64,000 nucleotides of DNA from Azolla caroliniana (GCA_043228905.1 JBHGNT010000011.1:20398001-20462000), one strand, 5' to 3'; shown: positions 26,621 through 41,595, counted from the first letter of the stretch. Made by a program: numbers and translations. Notes: generated from the sequence alone by a model not told the origin.

Positions 26621-27591
26621 AGCTAAAATTTTCAGGATGTGGTTTTATCCTCAATATGGAGACTTTCCGATATGCAAAGCATAATGTGGTGTGATATGAT
26701 GTCTGTGAATTTAAATTTATTAATGATCAAATCTCTTGGAAATTAAATAGACAGAAAAATGTAATTAAACAACATAAAGAGCTCAAGAGCACTTAGAAAA
26801 TACTTTGTATCCTTCAATTAAGAGTAATATAATGAGCTTTATTTTTTTTGGCATGCCTCTAACAATAACACACCTGAAAATATCCCAGCTAATATGTCAA
26901 ATAAAAAAAGCAAAAGAATAATCAACTTTCTAATTTTGTATCACAATATATGTAATGAATAAAAGATTGAAAACATGATTTTGAGTTGAGGGGACCAAAT
27001 CTTAATAGAATAAGAAATCTTAGTGTTTTCAGCTATTTCATTTTGGAGACTTTCAACACAAATAGAACCCTAAATGTGCAGCCATGCTCAACAAAAAACA
27101 ATTCTGAATAATTTAACACTAAATGTGCAGTCATATTTAACAAAAAATAATTCTGAATATTTTCCCTAGCCAAAAGTGACAATCCACTAACAATCCAAAT
27201 CATGGACATGGTACCAAGAAATACATCAAGCACTCTAGTGCTTGATAACATTAACTGAATGTTTATTTACAATTGGTCCATATAAATAATTGTTTAAAGA
27301 CCATCACGGCAATAAACCATTCAGGCAGTTTTTTTATGATGATTTCACAAAGCCATCTGTTGCTAGCACAATTGTGGCAGTATTGTAAAACAGTGATATT
27401 GTAAAACATCATTTGTTCTCCTTTTCTTTCTTAAAAAAATACAAACTAAGCATATGGAGACTTCTTTATCTATCTATATAGATAAAGAGATTTAGTCACA
27501 TCAAGACCTTTTCCTTCAAGCCAGTCATGGATTTACCTATCAATAAGCCTTTGTGATGTATATATATGATATATAAATAGCATAGATTGTC

Positions 27592-30500
27592 TCATTGGAA
27601 CACCCAGGCATAAGGGCCTTCTGAAGTTTGATCAGAAAAGCCTCCTCGTGGTGGAGATGATGTAGGACCTGGAAATAAGCCAAAAAAATGACCGTCATTC
27701 TGATACGGGTTTGGTACTACATTGGGTACTACAGGCCTTTGACTAATATTATTATTTCCATGAGAAACCAAGGGCCACCAATTGCTTGAAGCTCCCAAGG
27801 AAACCCGAGATGCATACATTTGAGACATCCATGGATCCACTTGATTATGTCGCGGTGGTGTTGATGTTACCCAGTTCATACCAACATTTGTAGCTGCTAG
27901 TGGTGGCGTTGATGATGTTTGGCCTAATGGAAGAGGATGAGGTGCAGGAACAACTAATGGTGTATTATATTCATTTAGATTTTCAGTTGTATTCCATCCT
28001 TGTGGTGCCCTCTCACCTAATGCCATTTGCCATATCCTGTTTGCATTCATCTGACTGTTTCGAGAATGAGCATTATGTATGTGCATAGGTTGACCAAAGA
28101 CCGCATTACCGACTTGATTAATTCTGAAAAAGAAACGAAATTAATCATTCCTGAAATATAGCAAAAGGTTCATATATTTTTATATGAAACACAATCATAC
28201 TCTTAACTTGTATGTTTGCCAGAATATACGTTAAGTTTTCGAAATCTAAAAGAATACCATTAGGTAGCAGTAAACTATTTGGTATTTCATACTACAGGAG
28301 TATTCTGTTAGCTGTTTTAAACATGGGAGTATTCTGATAATTACCAACTAGTTTTAAGCATTCAATGCTTCACCATAAATTTTAATGATGGTTTGACATG
28401 AGAATAGAACAATGTCCACAACACGTAGCCATTATGTTTACCCTCCATGAAAAGAATGGGAAATCCCCATATTATGTTGTCTGCTGCCATGGAAGCTCTG
28501 AGTGAACCCTTCATATATTGATGTAGTATTAGAAATTCCTGAACCTTGATTCTGATTAGAATTTCTCTGCAATGAATGAGAACTTGTAGGTTGATTTGTA
28601 TTTCTACTAGTATGATGATGATGACCAGTGTGAAGTCCAAAAAAATCTTCAAAATGTACAGATGGTTGCCCAACGGAAACACCTCGCCCAGAAAGATAAG
28701 GGCAAATATGATGTCCTCCAGGATGAACTCTTGAACCATTCCTCACATTACCTACTGGATCCATATCTACATTTACTAATAACATGATAAGAAATACTTC
28801 TACATTTACAAATATCTAAACATTTTCCAGAAACTTATAACAATCATGTCAGCAATATGTACTTACATCCAATTCGGAAGTTATCAAAATCCCTGGCAAA
28901 ATTCAAATCCAGAAAATATTAGAGTAGTCATGCTTAATTTATAGGGAAATAGATAAAGAAAAAAGAAAGGGCATTTGGGGAATAAAGAAAAAACAATAGA
29001 GTGTATTTCAGAGTTCTTCCCTAGATTTTATATTATTGCCAAAAAAGAGAACGAAGTTCTTTCTTAACATTTATAAACAAAATTGCCTGATGCTTTAACT
29101 CACTCTAGTGTCAATGAGAAATGTGCATATGTGCTCTGATGAGGACACCAGGGAGTTGGCATGAATTGCTGCACAAAAATTTCATAATTGTGTCAGTGAT
29201 CTATAAAAGGAATTGAATATATTGCTGCTAAAAAAAAGCTTTTAGAAAACTTCGCCAGTAAGTAGTCTATGCATTCAAATCCACATGATTAATTATTATC
29301 TTTACTACCTTTCAACATGTTATAAAATCAAATGAATCCACTGATTCTTGATATTCATATGCAAGGGGATGGATGAGAGAACGGAATAAGAACTCAAAAA
29401 ATAATTGAATGTTATATACACCTGTCCTTTGGCCTGGACTAACACTAACTTAAATAAAATCAGAGAGACAGAAAGAAAATAAATGAGCCTTGATGTAATA
29501 TACATCACAAACCACAATCATTTTTTTGCTGCCCATAACCATAGGCAATTGATATTAAACTGTTATTATCAAGAGGAATCGCAAATGTCAAAATCAAGTG
29601 TGAACATGTGACCAAGTGAAGAGGCCCAAAAAAACTGTTTCATGCATCTATGAGAAGCAATACGAGTGCTCATGCCTCAGTTTTTATTTTATCAAAGCCC
29701 AGAACTTGTTTAAATATGTGATCAAGTGAAAAGAGCCCAACATGAACAGTTTCGAGCATTTACGAGAAGCAACCTGAGTGCCCATGCCTCAGATTTGTTT
29801 AGAAAATATTAAAATATGCTTGTTATTTGCAAAACTCTTTCTTTATAAAGTAAATGCTTATAAAAGTAAATACAATTTTACTAATATAATCCCCAAAAAA
29901 ATCGAGGTTTCTGTTTCTGAGTTTTAGGAACTCGACAGTGTTTTTCCATCATCTTTATTTCATAATCGCATCTACACCACCTAACGACAATGAGCCTGTG
30001 AGCCTGGTGGTGTTTGCTAATGTACCAAACCCTATGGTAACCACTGAATCAAGTGATTAAATCAAAAAGTGAGGATGAAATTAAAGAAACCAGAATGAGA
30101 GAAAGAAATAACAAAAAATATATATCGATGTGTTTTAAGAATACATGTCTTGGAGAAAAATAAACCAGACTAAATATAGCAACATTAGTAAAACTGACTG
30201 AGATACCGAATAGTCATGGTGGCTATGCATATAAAAGCGTGACCTTTCATGGACTAAACCTTTTGTCTTCAAAGATCTCTAACGTGGGTGGATTCAAGAT
30301 GGAGATATCTCTGACACACGGAATGTTGGGGATAAAGGCCCCAAGCACTCTCCTTTTTGTACAATTTTGATCCATATGAAAGCTCCCTTCGAGAGCTTTC
30401 TAGACACATATTTACTACATTTTTGGCCCCAATTTGGGGGGTTATAGGAATTTACATTATCTTTATAACATTTGGTCATTGGCCATGTGTGAACATGCCC

Positions 30501-33500
30501 AAATGACCTAAAAGTTACTTATCAATAAGAATTGGTCCCAAACCTCTCATAATGAGAGGGGGACTTTAGCGGCTAGGGTTTCCTCTCCATTTTCTGTACA
30601 GTTTTCTCTACTTTCTCTCTCCTCACACAGCAGCCAACTCCCTTAGTGTTTTGGCTCTAACCACGCCACCATCATCATATGCACATTTACGGAAAGCCCC
30701 TTTGTATCAGGTGATAATGACCTTGATTTGTCAATAACAAAGGTAACATGGCCATGGTCCAGATGCTCATGGTCTGAATGCATCACAGTTTACAATTTGC
30801 TGTTGCCCAATCTATTATAACTCATTTCAATGCCATGGCTGAAACCCTTCTCATGTATCCCTTGGCTTGCTTACTTGCGGGGTGGAGTAAATGGCCAACT
30901 CGTGAGGCTCATGACCTGAAGACTGCAGGTTCAGTATGATTGGCTACCAGGTTCCCTGCCAATGATGTTATAGATACAGAAGTTGCCCTCTTAATGAGTA
31001 TAGAAATCGTTTTCAGTGGGAAAATAGCACTAACGTTATATTTGGCCGTACCGCTGGTTCCCTATTACCAGCTCAGCTAGTGTCATATTTATAGTAGGAG
31101 ATACCATAGTCACCCGGCTTTGGGGTGGTTTCTCCGTAGACAATGCCACCCTACATCGTTTCTCCAGTTCTCATCATTCACCCCTTTTCATATGTGTTTA
31201 AGACTCCACTACGATAGTTCCAAGTGAAAGAGAGAATAGACAACCCAAAATATGATTGACTTGTAACGTGGGAAGGAAGGGTGATAGTCCTAAACAAGGT
31301 TGTGGTGACAGAAATACATAAATCAAAGACGATGAATGATTACATGGAATAGTTCACAGGCCATAGCTATTTAGTACAATGTGTTTACAACTAAAATATA
31401 CAATATGTTATTGCAGAAAATAGTACTCATCTTAAGACCTTGCCAATGACAGGAGATGATCTCAGGTAATACCATTAGCATTGTCTTGGAAAGATTCACA
31501 TAATACTTAACAATATCTCAATATGTGATATATATATATATATATATACCAAAAGGTGGAAAAACATGTTCGCATGGGAAACTTCTTCCTTAAAAGTGAC
31601 TTCTATAGGACATGGGAAACTAGTCGGTTGAAGTCATGATATTCTGGATTGCATACAAGAATGTTACTAGCCAATGTTTGAAATTTACCAGCGTGGTTGC
31701 TCCTCCATAGGATTCCACATCCTCCTCCATAGGGAAATCATCAACAAGATCTTCATTTAAACAGCAACCATTTGCATATAACCATTGTCCTTGTTCCACT
31801 TGCCGACAATTTGGACATTGCATCCTACCTTTTGCATTGAAGGCAGATCCAATACAATCTGCAAGAAACATATTACAAAATGCTTTATTATCAGACAATC
31901 ACAAACAAAGTCCCTTGCACAGTTGCAACCACGGTCATGGATGGGATGTAACATCTTAGGTTTAAATATTTATATATGACATGTTTCAGCGTAAATTGTA
32001 ATGTAACCTTACAACGGCCACACATTATGTAAGCTTAAAGTAGTAAAAAAGCTAAGTCAGGTTGTAAATAGATTTTAAACATAATGCTACCTTTCTTCAA
32101 AAACGTTTTACTTCCACGACAAATTTGAGGCAGAGATCCTAAGAGTAATCATATAAACTACTTTTAACAGTTATTTGATTGTTCAAGCAATACACTCTCA
32201 AGCATCAACCAGGAACCATCCATGCATGGGCAAATGACTACAGAACCAGAGGAAACTGTCTATCAAATATGATAAATTATTAAGCAAAACATGGATTCAT
32301 GGTAGATTTAGAAGTTCCAAAATCTCAACATTCGCCATAATTCACAAGTAGTGGGATCTCCGGTATGAAAAGCCATTTGAAATAATGTCCTATTTCTCTC
32401 TCACTTAATCATACACAAAACTGGACAGTCAAGGTTATACTCAAATGCTGGAAGTGAATCCATGTCCACACTATGTACTTGCGACCAATTTTCCATTTGT
32501 GAATACCAACAATATCTTTCATGAGACAAAGAAGAAAAAGCACCAAAGGGCACAGATTAATTCATCAGGAATAATGACTATGAACCTGACATACCGTGTT
32601 AGAATCCAAAATGCCTACAATAAGGGGTCCCCCAGAAGGGGATAAAAAGACTTGTCTAACATGGTGTTAGCATGCAGATACCAATACATCATAAGGTTGG
32701 TGCAATAAGGTAGGCTACATCAACAATCCTGGTAGCACTTAAAGGCCGATGACTGTGGAGCAGTCATGAGGCCAACCAGAGAGAATGATTCTAGCATGAA
32801 TTCTGAAGCTAAGTCTAACATACTAAGAGGTGTAGGGTAAAGGTTAAAAAAGCCCAATGTTTGGAAAGGGGGTTATACCCTCAGTTGTGGATTAAAACTT
32901 GTAGAGATATCTAGTACAGAAATTGTCCCCTAGAAGAAATTGCACAAACTAAGAATGGAGTTGTCATCATATAGCTGTGAACCTACCACTTTATACAAAT
33001 GCATAAAATTGCCAGCCACTTATGCATAGCAAAGCCGCATGGCAAGGACTTGAGGCTATAGCATTCCTCGGCATATAATCTGAGAGCAAGTTAAGATCCA
33101 TATATGAAGTAATGGTATGTACATGAACTATCCCATCAAGTTTCTTTGACTTCACTGGATAATGATGGGCACCCTCAAACGTGTAAATCTAGCAGAAATC
33201 CCTACAACCCGAAAAGAGAGCAACTCCCACCACAAATTTCCAAATAATTTTTTTCAGCTTAATATATATATATATATTAAATGTTATGCTAGAAAACAGA
33301 CATGAGAAAAAAGAAAGAGAACCATAGAAACATCATTATGTTCCAAGTTCTATGTGGTATTGAAAGAAAAGGCTTTTTACTTTAAAAAGAAGGATTTATA
33401 TTGCAAAAAAAAGGACAACATTCAATCATCATGAGAATGTCTCTGAAATCGAGATCACAAATGGCACATAGATCATCGAAGAAACATACACATACCAAGA

Positions 33501-34648
33501 TAGAAATGGTGGCCCCATTTCAGTTCAAACGAAGAAGATCTTTCACTTCATAACAGGAACTATCTCTGTGATTGAGATAGCAAAGTTTGATATAGAAAAC
33601 AATCATGGAGCATGCATAATATCAGAGACGCATACTAGGATGGAAACAGTGGCCTTTACAGTTAAAACATATAACATCTGGCTTCATCACAGGAATATCT
33701 GTAAGAAACATATTTTGGAAATGGAACATAATAACAGCATTGAATTAAGCATAACAACATGAAAATGGTGGTATTTTCACTTCAAAAAAGAAGTCTTTCT
33801 GCTTCATCTCAAGAGTATCTGTATGAGGCGTATTTTGACAGTGGGACCACAAATTTGGCTCAAAAAACAAGACGGCCCACTTCTTAATATGAATATCACC
33901 ACATTTGAGATGAAATCTTTTGACAGGGACAAAAATGGAGCACACGGAAAGGACATCAGAGAAAGTTATGCATACTACCATGGACACAGGAAGCACACTT
34001 TTTACTTCATGATACGAAGATCATTTCTGGCAAAGACAATAAAGATGGAGCATACAGAATTTTAAGCACACCAATATCAAAACGGCGACAACGTTTCAGT
34101 TCAAAAAGAATAAGAAATATCTCTACAATTGAGACGAGATGGTTAGCACAGACAAGCAATGAAACGAACATAGAGAACATCAGAGAATTTAAGCGTTGGC
34201 AGAGTGCATTTTGAAAGGAAGAAGATCTTCCTATCCATAACAGGTATATGATGCCTACAATTGAAGCATCGAGTTTTGACAAAAATACCAAATTTTATGA
34301 AGCACAAAGAAAGAAATCCAGAGAAATTTGTAAGTTTACAGAGATCAAAACAGTGACCTAATTTCAGTTCCAAGAAGAAGAGGAAGAAGATTGTTCATAA
34401 ATCAACACAAACATACCTTCCATTGAGAACAAAACTACGTATACATAAAGATAAAGAAAGCCATAAAGACTTTTAATCTTACCAAGATGGAAACGATGAC
34501 CACATTTCAGTTTGGCTATTGATCGTTCACATGATTCCTCAGAAATGGCTTCCAAGCATATGGAACAAGAAAAAACGACTAGGACTGTTTTTCTAGCTTG
34601 AAGTTTTGAGGACGAAGACTCGTTATCGTTATCCATCTCTGAGGCCAT
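27592..34648 (-). CDS. RING-H2 E3 ubiquitin ligase, RFI2/IPI1-like, 427 aa, 6 coding exons
   Basis: Exons 34648..34483, 31858..31689, 29168..29104, 28892..28867, 28766..28442 and 28123..27592 join in frame (1284 nt). C3H2C3 RING: CSIC...KLKCGHRFHLDCIGSAFNAKGRMQCPNCR, followed by GQWLYANG, WCP and HICPY. Confidence 0.85.
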
Positions 34649-35431
34649 CACTAAATAACAATGGCATCTGAATCCGTGTGTGTTATGTTTGGTTGTATAT
34701 GTATATCTATGTATATGTGTGAAGAATTCCCTGTCGAAATTCAAGCGCTTGTAATGCTTCGACTTCTGCACAAGTTGCGAATACGCCTTTTCCTTCTCAT
34801 TGTTAGAGATGGAGGTTGCAGAAGAAGTCAGGTGAAGGATGATGCAGAAAAGGACAGGAAAAGGCTTCGCATTATATTAAGAATGTGGAAGAAAGTGAAA
34901 AGAAAAGAATGAAGGAGTGAGCACGATATATCAGAGAGGGGGAGCGAGGGTCAGTCCTCGCTATACGAGAGCTTCGAGAAGACGAAAGAAGGAGAAAGAC
35001 AGACGGATAGGTCAGAGGGGGGGGCAGTGAGATCATCCGTGGAAGCTTCGTGGAGAGGAGGAAGAACGTAAGGAGGAGAGAGGAGGGGCGGGGAGGTCCG
35101 CCATGGGAGCTTCGTGCGTGGAGATGGAGATGGAGATGGATGGATTGAAAAAGAAAAGAAAGAAAAGGAGGGAGATGAGGAGAGGAAGGGGATAAGGATG
35201 TGTCAGAGAGACTTCTGCACACTGCTCCTGCTCCTGCTCCTGCTCCGGCTGCTACGAAGAAGAAGGAGAAGAAGAAGAAGAAGAAGAAGACGAAGACGAG
35301 AAAAGAAAGAGAGAGAGAGAGAGACTGAATGGATCGGATCGGAGAAACCATACGCCACACACACACAACTATTTTGCTCTCTATCCGTCCGTCCGTCCGT
35401 CCGTCCGTCCGGCCAGTCGGCCGGCCATCTG

Positions 35432-35468
<37 letters not shown>

Positions 35469-36058
35469 TCTATAGTTCTCGTGGTGTTTCTCGCCCGCCC
35501 ATCCCTACTCCTCGGGCCAACCCGTGTTACTATGAATGGAATGGCATGGCATGGGCATCCCTGTTGATGTAGAGACTCTCCGAATATTTGGCAGGGATCT
35601 CGTCGTCTTCCGTCTACGGCTGCTTTGACGCATATAAATTGGGAAACAAAGCTGACCACCACCACCACCACGAAGATTCCGCCCCCTCCATACTTCAAAA
35701 TCAAACCTCCAAACCTCTGTTTGTCATTCGTAGCTCCAATCGCCCCCAGGGATGATCTAGTCCTTCCATGAACTCTTACTCCCGCTGCCCCAATTGCGCA
35801 ATTTTGGAACTCTTTTTAGCACCAAAGAAAGGTACTTAGATGGATGGCATTGTAATGACCCTCTATTTGTTAGCGTGAATATCAAATTGCCTTCTATCCT
35901 GTTTTTCTCATTCATTGTTGATCCATGTTGCTTAGGCCTTATTTATGATGATTAGAGCCTAAATATGCATATGTACATAACATTGAAATGTCATTGCACT
36001 ATTCTAGTAATGTGGTGAATGTCACATTTCTTTACCCATTGTTATCATAAGGGGGTTA

Positions 36059-38130
36059 TGTTGAGCGAGCAAGCTCAACATGGACCGGACCGGTTGGATA
36101 AGCCCGTAGGTCAGACCGGAATCGATGTGGTTGGATATGCCCACTTTCCAAAGTCGGATACCAGATCTTGATGGCAGAACGTCACACGTGCCGACGTGTC
36201 CTATTTTATTAAATAGGTCCAACGTAGGCAAATAGTGTCAGATGCTCTTTTAATAGCATTGAAGTACATGCCAGTACTAAGTCTTAATGGTCCTGGCAGA
36301 TGGGCTTGTATATATAAAGTGCACATAAGCACTATGTAAGGTACTGAGCATTTTTCTGTAATAGAAGTTTTGTTGATTGCTCTCACTCGGTCTTACTATC
36401 TCTCTTGTACTTTGTGTTTTGTGTTGATGAACTATTCATCTTCTGGATAACTAACCGACTATCGATTCACAAGCTTCCGCATATTGTAAATCTTTACATG
36501 GTATCAGAGCATGAGGGTTGAGAAGTATCCTCCGTACTCGACATAGCTTTCTTAGACGAGTCATTAGCGGGGCTCTAGAACAGAAACATGGACAAAGGCA
36601 TGGGTAGTGCTCTTCCGACAGAGAAGTTGAACAGAAGCAACTACGCATCTTGGGAATACAAGATGCACTAGCACCTACTCAGGCATGGCTACTAGAGTTA
36701 CAAACAAGGAGAAAATGAAGTAGCACGATAATCGACATACAAGGATTTCCCATTTTGGGAGCAAGGAGCAAGTAGAGTCTTGCATTGCCTTGCAACTTGT
36801 GTGCAAGGATCAGATGATGGGCTACATCCAGAATGTGAAGATGCCGAAGGAGGCATGGGAAAATCTGAAGAAGATTTTTGCCACAAGTACCATGGCCCAG
36901 AAGTTGCAGGTTACCCATAGCTCAACAATATCTGACAGAAGGATATGTCTGTCACCGACTACACCACGAAGATGAAGGAGATAGGTGATGCCTTAGGGTC
37001 CATCAATGTGTCGATAGACGAGGAAGAGATGGTACAGATCTGCCTTGGTGTTATAGCTCCGAGATATGGGCCGATCTGGACGGCTATTTGCACAAGGGAG
37101 AAACCATCGTCGTTCTTTGATCTACAATCAATGCTTATGTTCGAAGAAAACCACTAAAGTGCGTCAAGAAGCATGTAGTCGGAGAGCTAGATGTTGTACA
37201 CGAAGGCAGATAGGCCTCGTGGTCATGGAGAACGCGGTGGATCGATACACAATGGTGGCGGCCGACAAGAGAAGAAGCAGGGGCACAGAGGGAGTGCCGA
37301 CAACAGTGAACCCTCCACAAGCAGGGGGAGTTAGGGTGGTGCCGAAGGCAGGCAAAACAAAGCCACCAATTGTTGGTACTGTGGCCGGAAGGGTCAGGGA
37401 AAGTGAGTGTTGGAAGAAGAAGGCAAACTCTGACAAAGCCAAATTGGGCAAAGTGCAGGGAAATCGACAATGATCGCACTTCGCTGAAGGCACGAAGCAA
37501 AACGAAACGGATATTGCCTTCTTAATGAAGCACAAAGTCAACTCAATGAAGACGAACACTTCAAACTCAAACGAGGTGTGGTATGTTGATTCCAGAGCAT
37601 CGAATCACGTGATGAGCCACGAAGAGTGGTTCTCATATCTTGAGAAACCGGATTAAACGGGGGTCGTCAAAACCGACAACGACACCTCACATCTTATCGA
37701 GCATGTCGATGACATCCCCTTGAGCCATGTCGGTCAGAAAGGGAGCCTAATGAACGTCTTGCATGTTCCGATGATCACCAAGAATCTGGTATCGGTCAGA
37801 CAAATCATCGACCAAGGAATGCAGGTTTGGTTCACCCACCTAGGTTGCTTCGTTGAAGAAATCATCGCGCAAGGGCGACGAGAAGGGAGGACATTCATCC
37901 TCGAAACAAACGACATAGGCACCACAATGTTCACCAAAAGGCAAAAAGTCGAATCAGCTATCGACTTGTGGCATAAGCGGATTCGCCGCGTCAACTTCCA
38001 AGGGCTTTAGGAGCTACAAGCAAAACAAGTCATGTTCGGCTTGCCGAAGTTCAGTGGCCGGAAGGCCCAACTTTGTGAAGCTTGCTAGGTAGGGAAGCAA
38101 CACCGACTTCCTTTCCCCAATGAACGAAAT
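36059..38130 (+). mobile_element. Truncated, decayed Ty1/Copia LTR retrotransposon (5' LTR, PBS, gag, protease, start of integrase)
   Basis: LTR TG...CA at 36059-36498, then the tRNA-Met PBS TGGTATCAGAGC at 36499-36510. Gag KLNRSNYASW, zinc knuckle CWYCGRKG...ECWKK, protease VWYVDS.ASNH, pre-integrase LWHKRI...CEAC. Many stops and frameshifts. Confidence 0.9.
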
Positions 38131-38409
38131 CTTTACAACTTACATTTGTGGGAACTATCCATTGAGTGATTTTAATATGGTTGTGTGACTCTTTGCAGGT
38201 AAGTGGGGGGATAAACTTTCATCAAGTGTGCCTACAATAATGAGGAATACTCAATTTGAGCCATTTGTAGGGGAGCAATCTTCCCATGAGGTCACTCATA
38301 TTCATATTGTATGTGTGTTGCAATTGACATCTTAGGTTGATGGAATAATCCTAGTCTCTTAATCTCGTGCAAGATTGCAACATCGTCTCGAAAGGCTCAT
38401 CATAAACAT

Positions 38410-39458
38410 TGTAGTGACTAAGGTCGATGTCGTCTCCACACTGACGGGAACCCAACGTTCCTTATGCGCGACGCCCGGCCACAACCGAGCGTAGAATGAT
38501 ACACAGAAAACGGGAAATAAAACACGACACAAAGGAGAGGAAGATACACAGGAGGTTTACGTGGAAAACCCAAAGAGGGAAAAACCACGGCAGCCCACAG
38601 GCTGCAAACTGTCACTATGTGAGAATGTACAACAGTGAGTTCACTGAGGCAACGACCTCGTGCTCACAGATCTTCGCCACACGCGGCGGTTACAACAGAG
38701 GCAACGACCTCTTTCTCTCTCTCTCTCTGTACAACGTTACGTACTCTCTCTTCTTCTTGCACCAACAAGAAAATGACAACAACAACTAAAAGTTTGCCCT
38801 AAGTCATATTTATACTAATATGACTTTTCGGCTATTTACAAATGTAGCCTCGATGGGCTCTCAGAAACATATTTACGAATATGTCTCTTCATCCGGTTCT
38901 CACCGGGTCTGTACCATCCGGCTCTCCGTAGCCGGGTACTCCTCATCCGGTTCATACCGGGCTTGCACCATCCGGCTCTCCGTAGCCGGGTACTCCTCAT
39001 CCGGTTCATACCGGGCCTGCACCATCCGGCTCTCCGTAGCCGGGTACTCCTCATCCGGTTCATACCGGGCTTGCACCATCCGGCTCTCCGTAGCTGGGTA
39101 CTCCTCATCCGGTTCATACCGGGCCTGCACCATCCGGCTCTCCGTAGCCGGGTACTCCTCATCCGGTTCATACCGGGCCTGCACCATCCGGCTCTCCGTA
39201 GCCGGGTACTCCTCATCCGGTTCATACCGGGCCTGCACCATCCGGCTCTCCGTAGCCGAGTACTCCTCATCCGGTTCATACCGGGCCTACACCATCCGGC
39301 TCTCCGTAGCCGGGTACTCCTCATCCGGTCTTCACCGGGACTGTATCATCCGGCTCTCTGTAGCCGGGTACTCCTCATACCGTTTCGGCCTCGGCCGAGT
39401 TTGTTCGTCGACACTGTTCTTCTCCCTTCCCATCCGGAGGGACCTGTCTCCCAACACA
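38410..39458 (-). mobile_element. Probable Copia-type solo LTR carrying an internal tandem array
   Basis: TG...CA termini with a near-TSD (AACAT/CACAT). Minus-strand TATAAAT at about 38808-38814 and a U5-like CCGTGGTTTTTCCC...GGGTTTTCCACGTAAA motif. No adjacent PBS or PPT. Confidence 0.6.
38886..39380. repeat. 54-bp GC-rich tandem array, about 9 units
   Basis: Unit TCCTCATCCGGTTCATACCGGGCCTGCACCATCCGGCTCTCCGTAGCCGGGTAC. It gives an 18-aa periodicity in the ORF track. Confidence 0.95.
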
Positions 39459-41136
39459 CACATCCACATTGATTTGTTCAAAAGCCATCTTCACCCTACC
39501 AAGAGAGCATGTTGTAGTAGTCGGGTAAACTCCTATGTAATGGAGTGAATGGGTTTGATGCGTTCTCCCATGACGAGCATTGATTGCTCCATGTCGCCTA
39601 TTGCTATCTATTTTGTATTATTGACATTAGCATTGTGAATCCATTCTTGCACATGTTGATGGATGTGATCATATTTTGACCAATTTTCATTTGTGTTGCT
39701 TTATTGGCTACATGGAACGCATATACTTAGCAATAGTCTAATCAAATCATTGATTCTTGATATGGCTAACCTTGTAGAAATGGTAGCATGTATAATGGGC
39801 AATGAATTATTGGGGTTAGCTTCCTTCATTAAGTCAAGGCCATTGCACTAATTTGAGTGGATGACTTGTTGTGATTATTAAGATGATACAGCCCATGTTT
39901 AGGCAAAGCACGCATGGTGGTTAAGGGTTATAATTGAGTTCCTTAAATATTCCGTGGGGAATCAAGGGTCAATGTCAAGGATTTTCTTGTTATGAGTTAG
40001 TGTCGTAGCAATAGGATGGGTTGGTAGGCAATCACGAACCTCTTGATTCTATATCCATTACCTTGATCATCTTTTTTATAACGGAAATGACGATGTTTGT
40101 TGATATCGTACTTATGACCCGACTCACATCACAGTAAGGTGACGATCATCATGATTGTAGTGTCAACCTAAGTCATGTATTTATTTCATGCATCACAAAT
40201 CCAATTTGTCACTTCCCACTTAAATCTAAGGAGTGCGTGGTTGAGTCTTACAATGATAAGAGTCGATCGGCTAATAATTTATTGATATTTAAGCAGGAAT
40301 GAAGATGTTACCATTTTAAAAGTGCCCACTTTACTATCTCCCACTATTTATATTTTATGACCTTGCTTTCACATCGTATAAATATGTAGGCTTTCACGTT
40401 CCCCACCGAATGAACAACAAACACAACATGTCATTGATCAAAGAACATTCACCCTTCGTCACTAATAAAGTTCATAATGAAAATGCTAATTCAGTAATCC
40501 AGCCCAAAGTCCTAATGAAGAAGTTAATTCATTCATCAAGATCCTAAATTTTGACTAGATCATTACTCAAATATGAATGCATTAAGCAAAGATTTCTTCC
40601 TAAACCGATTAGTTCATTAATCCAAGTTCAGTAAGTGAAATAACAAGTTCATGTGTACATATAGCTTATTAATTAAAGATACATTCTTGAATTGAAATAG
40701 TAGACAATAAATCAGTTTGAAGAATAACTTACAATTTGAAGGATTGGTCCACTAATCAAAAGATTAATTCATTAAAATGAGAGAATATGATTCGCTAATC
40801 AAGGATAAAGATGTAGATCTTGTTATCATCTTGACATGACAAATATTACTATGAGACCAGTAGGGAAACATTTTTACATAGTACGGGCAAAATGAAGTAG
40901 TAATTATTGAAGTTTAAGAACATTCACAATGGATCGTGCACAACATGATTGTGAGAGGATTGCATGTATGGAGTGGATCAAATTGACAATATGTGGAAGT
41001 TTTTCTTGTGTGATTCCAAGAAGTCAATGTGAGTTATTTTTTTAAACCCGACGCATGTATGCGGCAACCCTTTCCATGGCCATAGTTTCAATGGGAAGTG
41101 ATATAGCCTCAAAAAGTACGAGCATATGTGACAATT

Positions 41137-41595
41137 TGTCATGGGCATAACCATAAAATATCCCGTTGTAAGTTGTATCGTAGTATTCTATACACATGGA
41201 TAACGTGTGAGGTTAAATGAGAGTGTAAAGAAGGGATGATTACTTTTAATCCTTGGAATTGAGACAACCCATAAGGGCCAAGTGTGAACTTGCCTGGGGG
41301 CCTTAGGCCTGGCTATAAATATGAGGCCTAACTACCCTCATTCGACACCTCATTTTGACTACGTCAAGACTCTGATCTTGTGGTGATCAAACTCTTGTAG
41401 CGAGTGCACATGTACTGTACTACGTATGACTCGATGCCAAGGCAGTGGTATGAATGCTTATTGAGGCTCAAGTATGTCTTGATCCCTTCACTCAGAGGTG
41501 GTCGGGTAGATCAACACCCTTCTTTCTCTCTCGTTTCTTATTTATCTATCTATTATTTCCTTACCATATGCTTACATTAGAATTAAGCTCTAATA
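41137..41595 (+). mobile_element. Solo LTR of the same Gypsy family as the element at 50468
   Basis: Colinear with 50468-50922 over its whole length (CGTAGTATTCTATACAC, GATTACTTTTAATCC, AAGTGTGAACTTGCCTGGGGGCCTT, CTATAAATA). No PBS follows. Flanks CAATT/TAGTT may be an aged TSD. Confidence 0.85.

Noticed and set aside
30280-31272. Mutator element defined by a 9-bp direct repeat (TAACGTGGG)
   Set aside because: No terminal inverted repeats are visible inside the repeat pair. The segment looks TE-derived but cannot be classified.
34872-35704. Long ORFs upstream of the RING gene
   Set aside because: Low-complexity (GA)n/(GAA)n/(CCGT)n 5'UTR and promoter sequence with no domain motifs.
38886-39380. 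CRISPR array or repeat-protein gene (ORFs 38820-39548, 38836-39324, 38900-39241, 38963-39472)
   Set aside because: The units are contiguous with no unique spacers and there are no cas genes. The ORFs arise because the 54-bp unit is a multiple of 3 and lacks stops in several frames.
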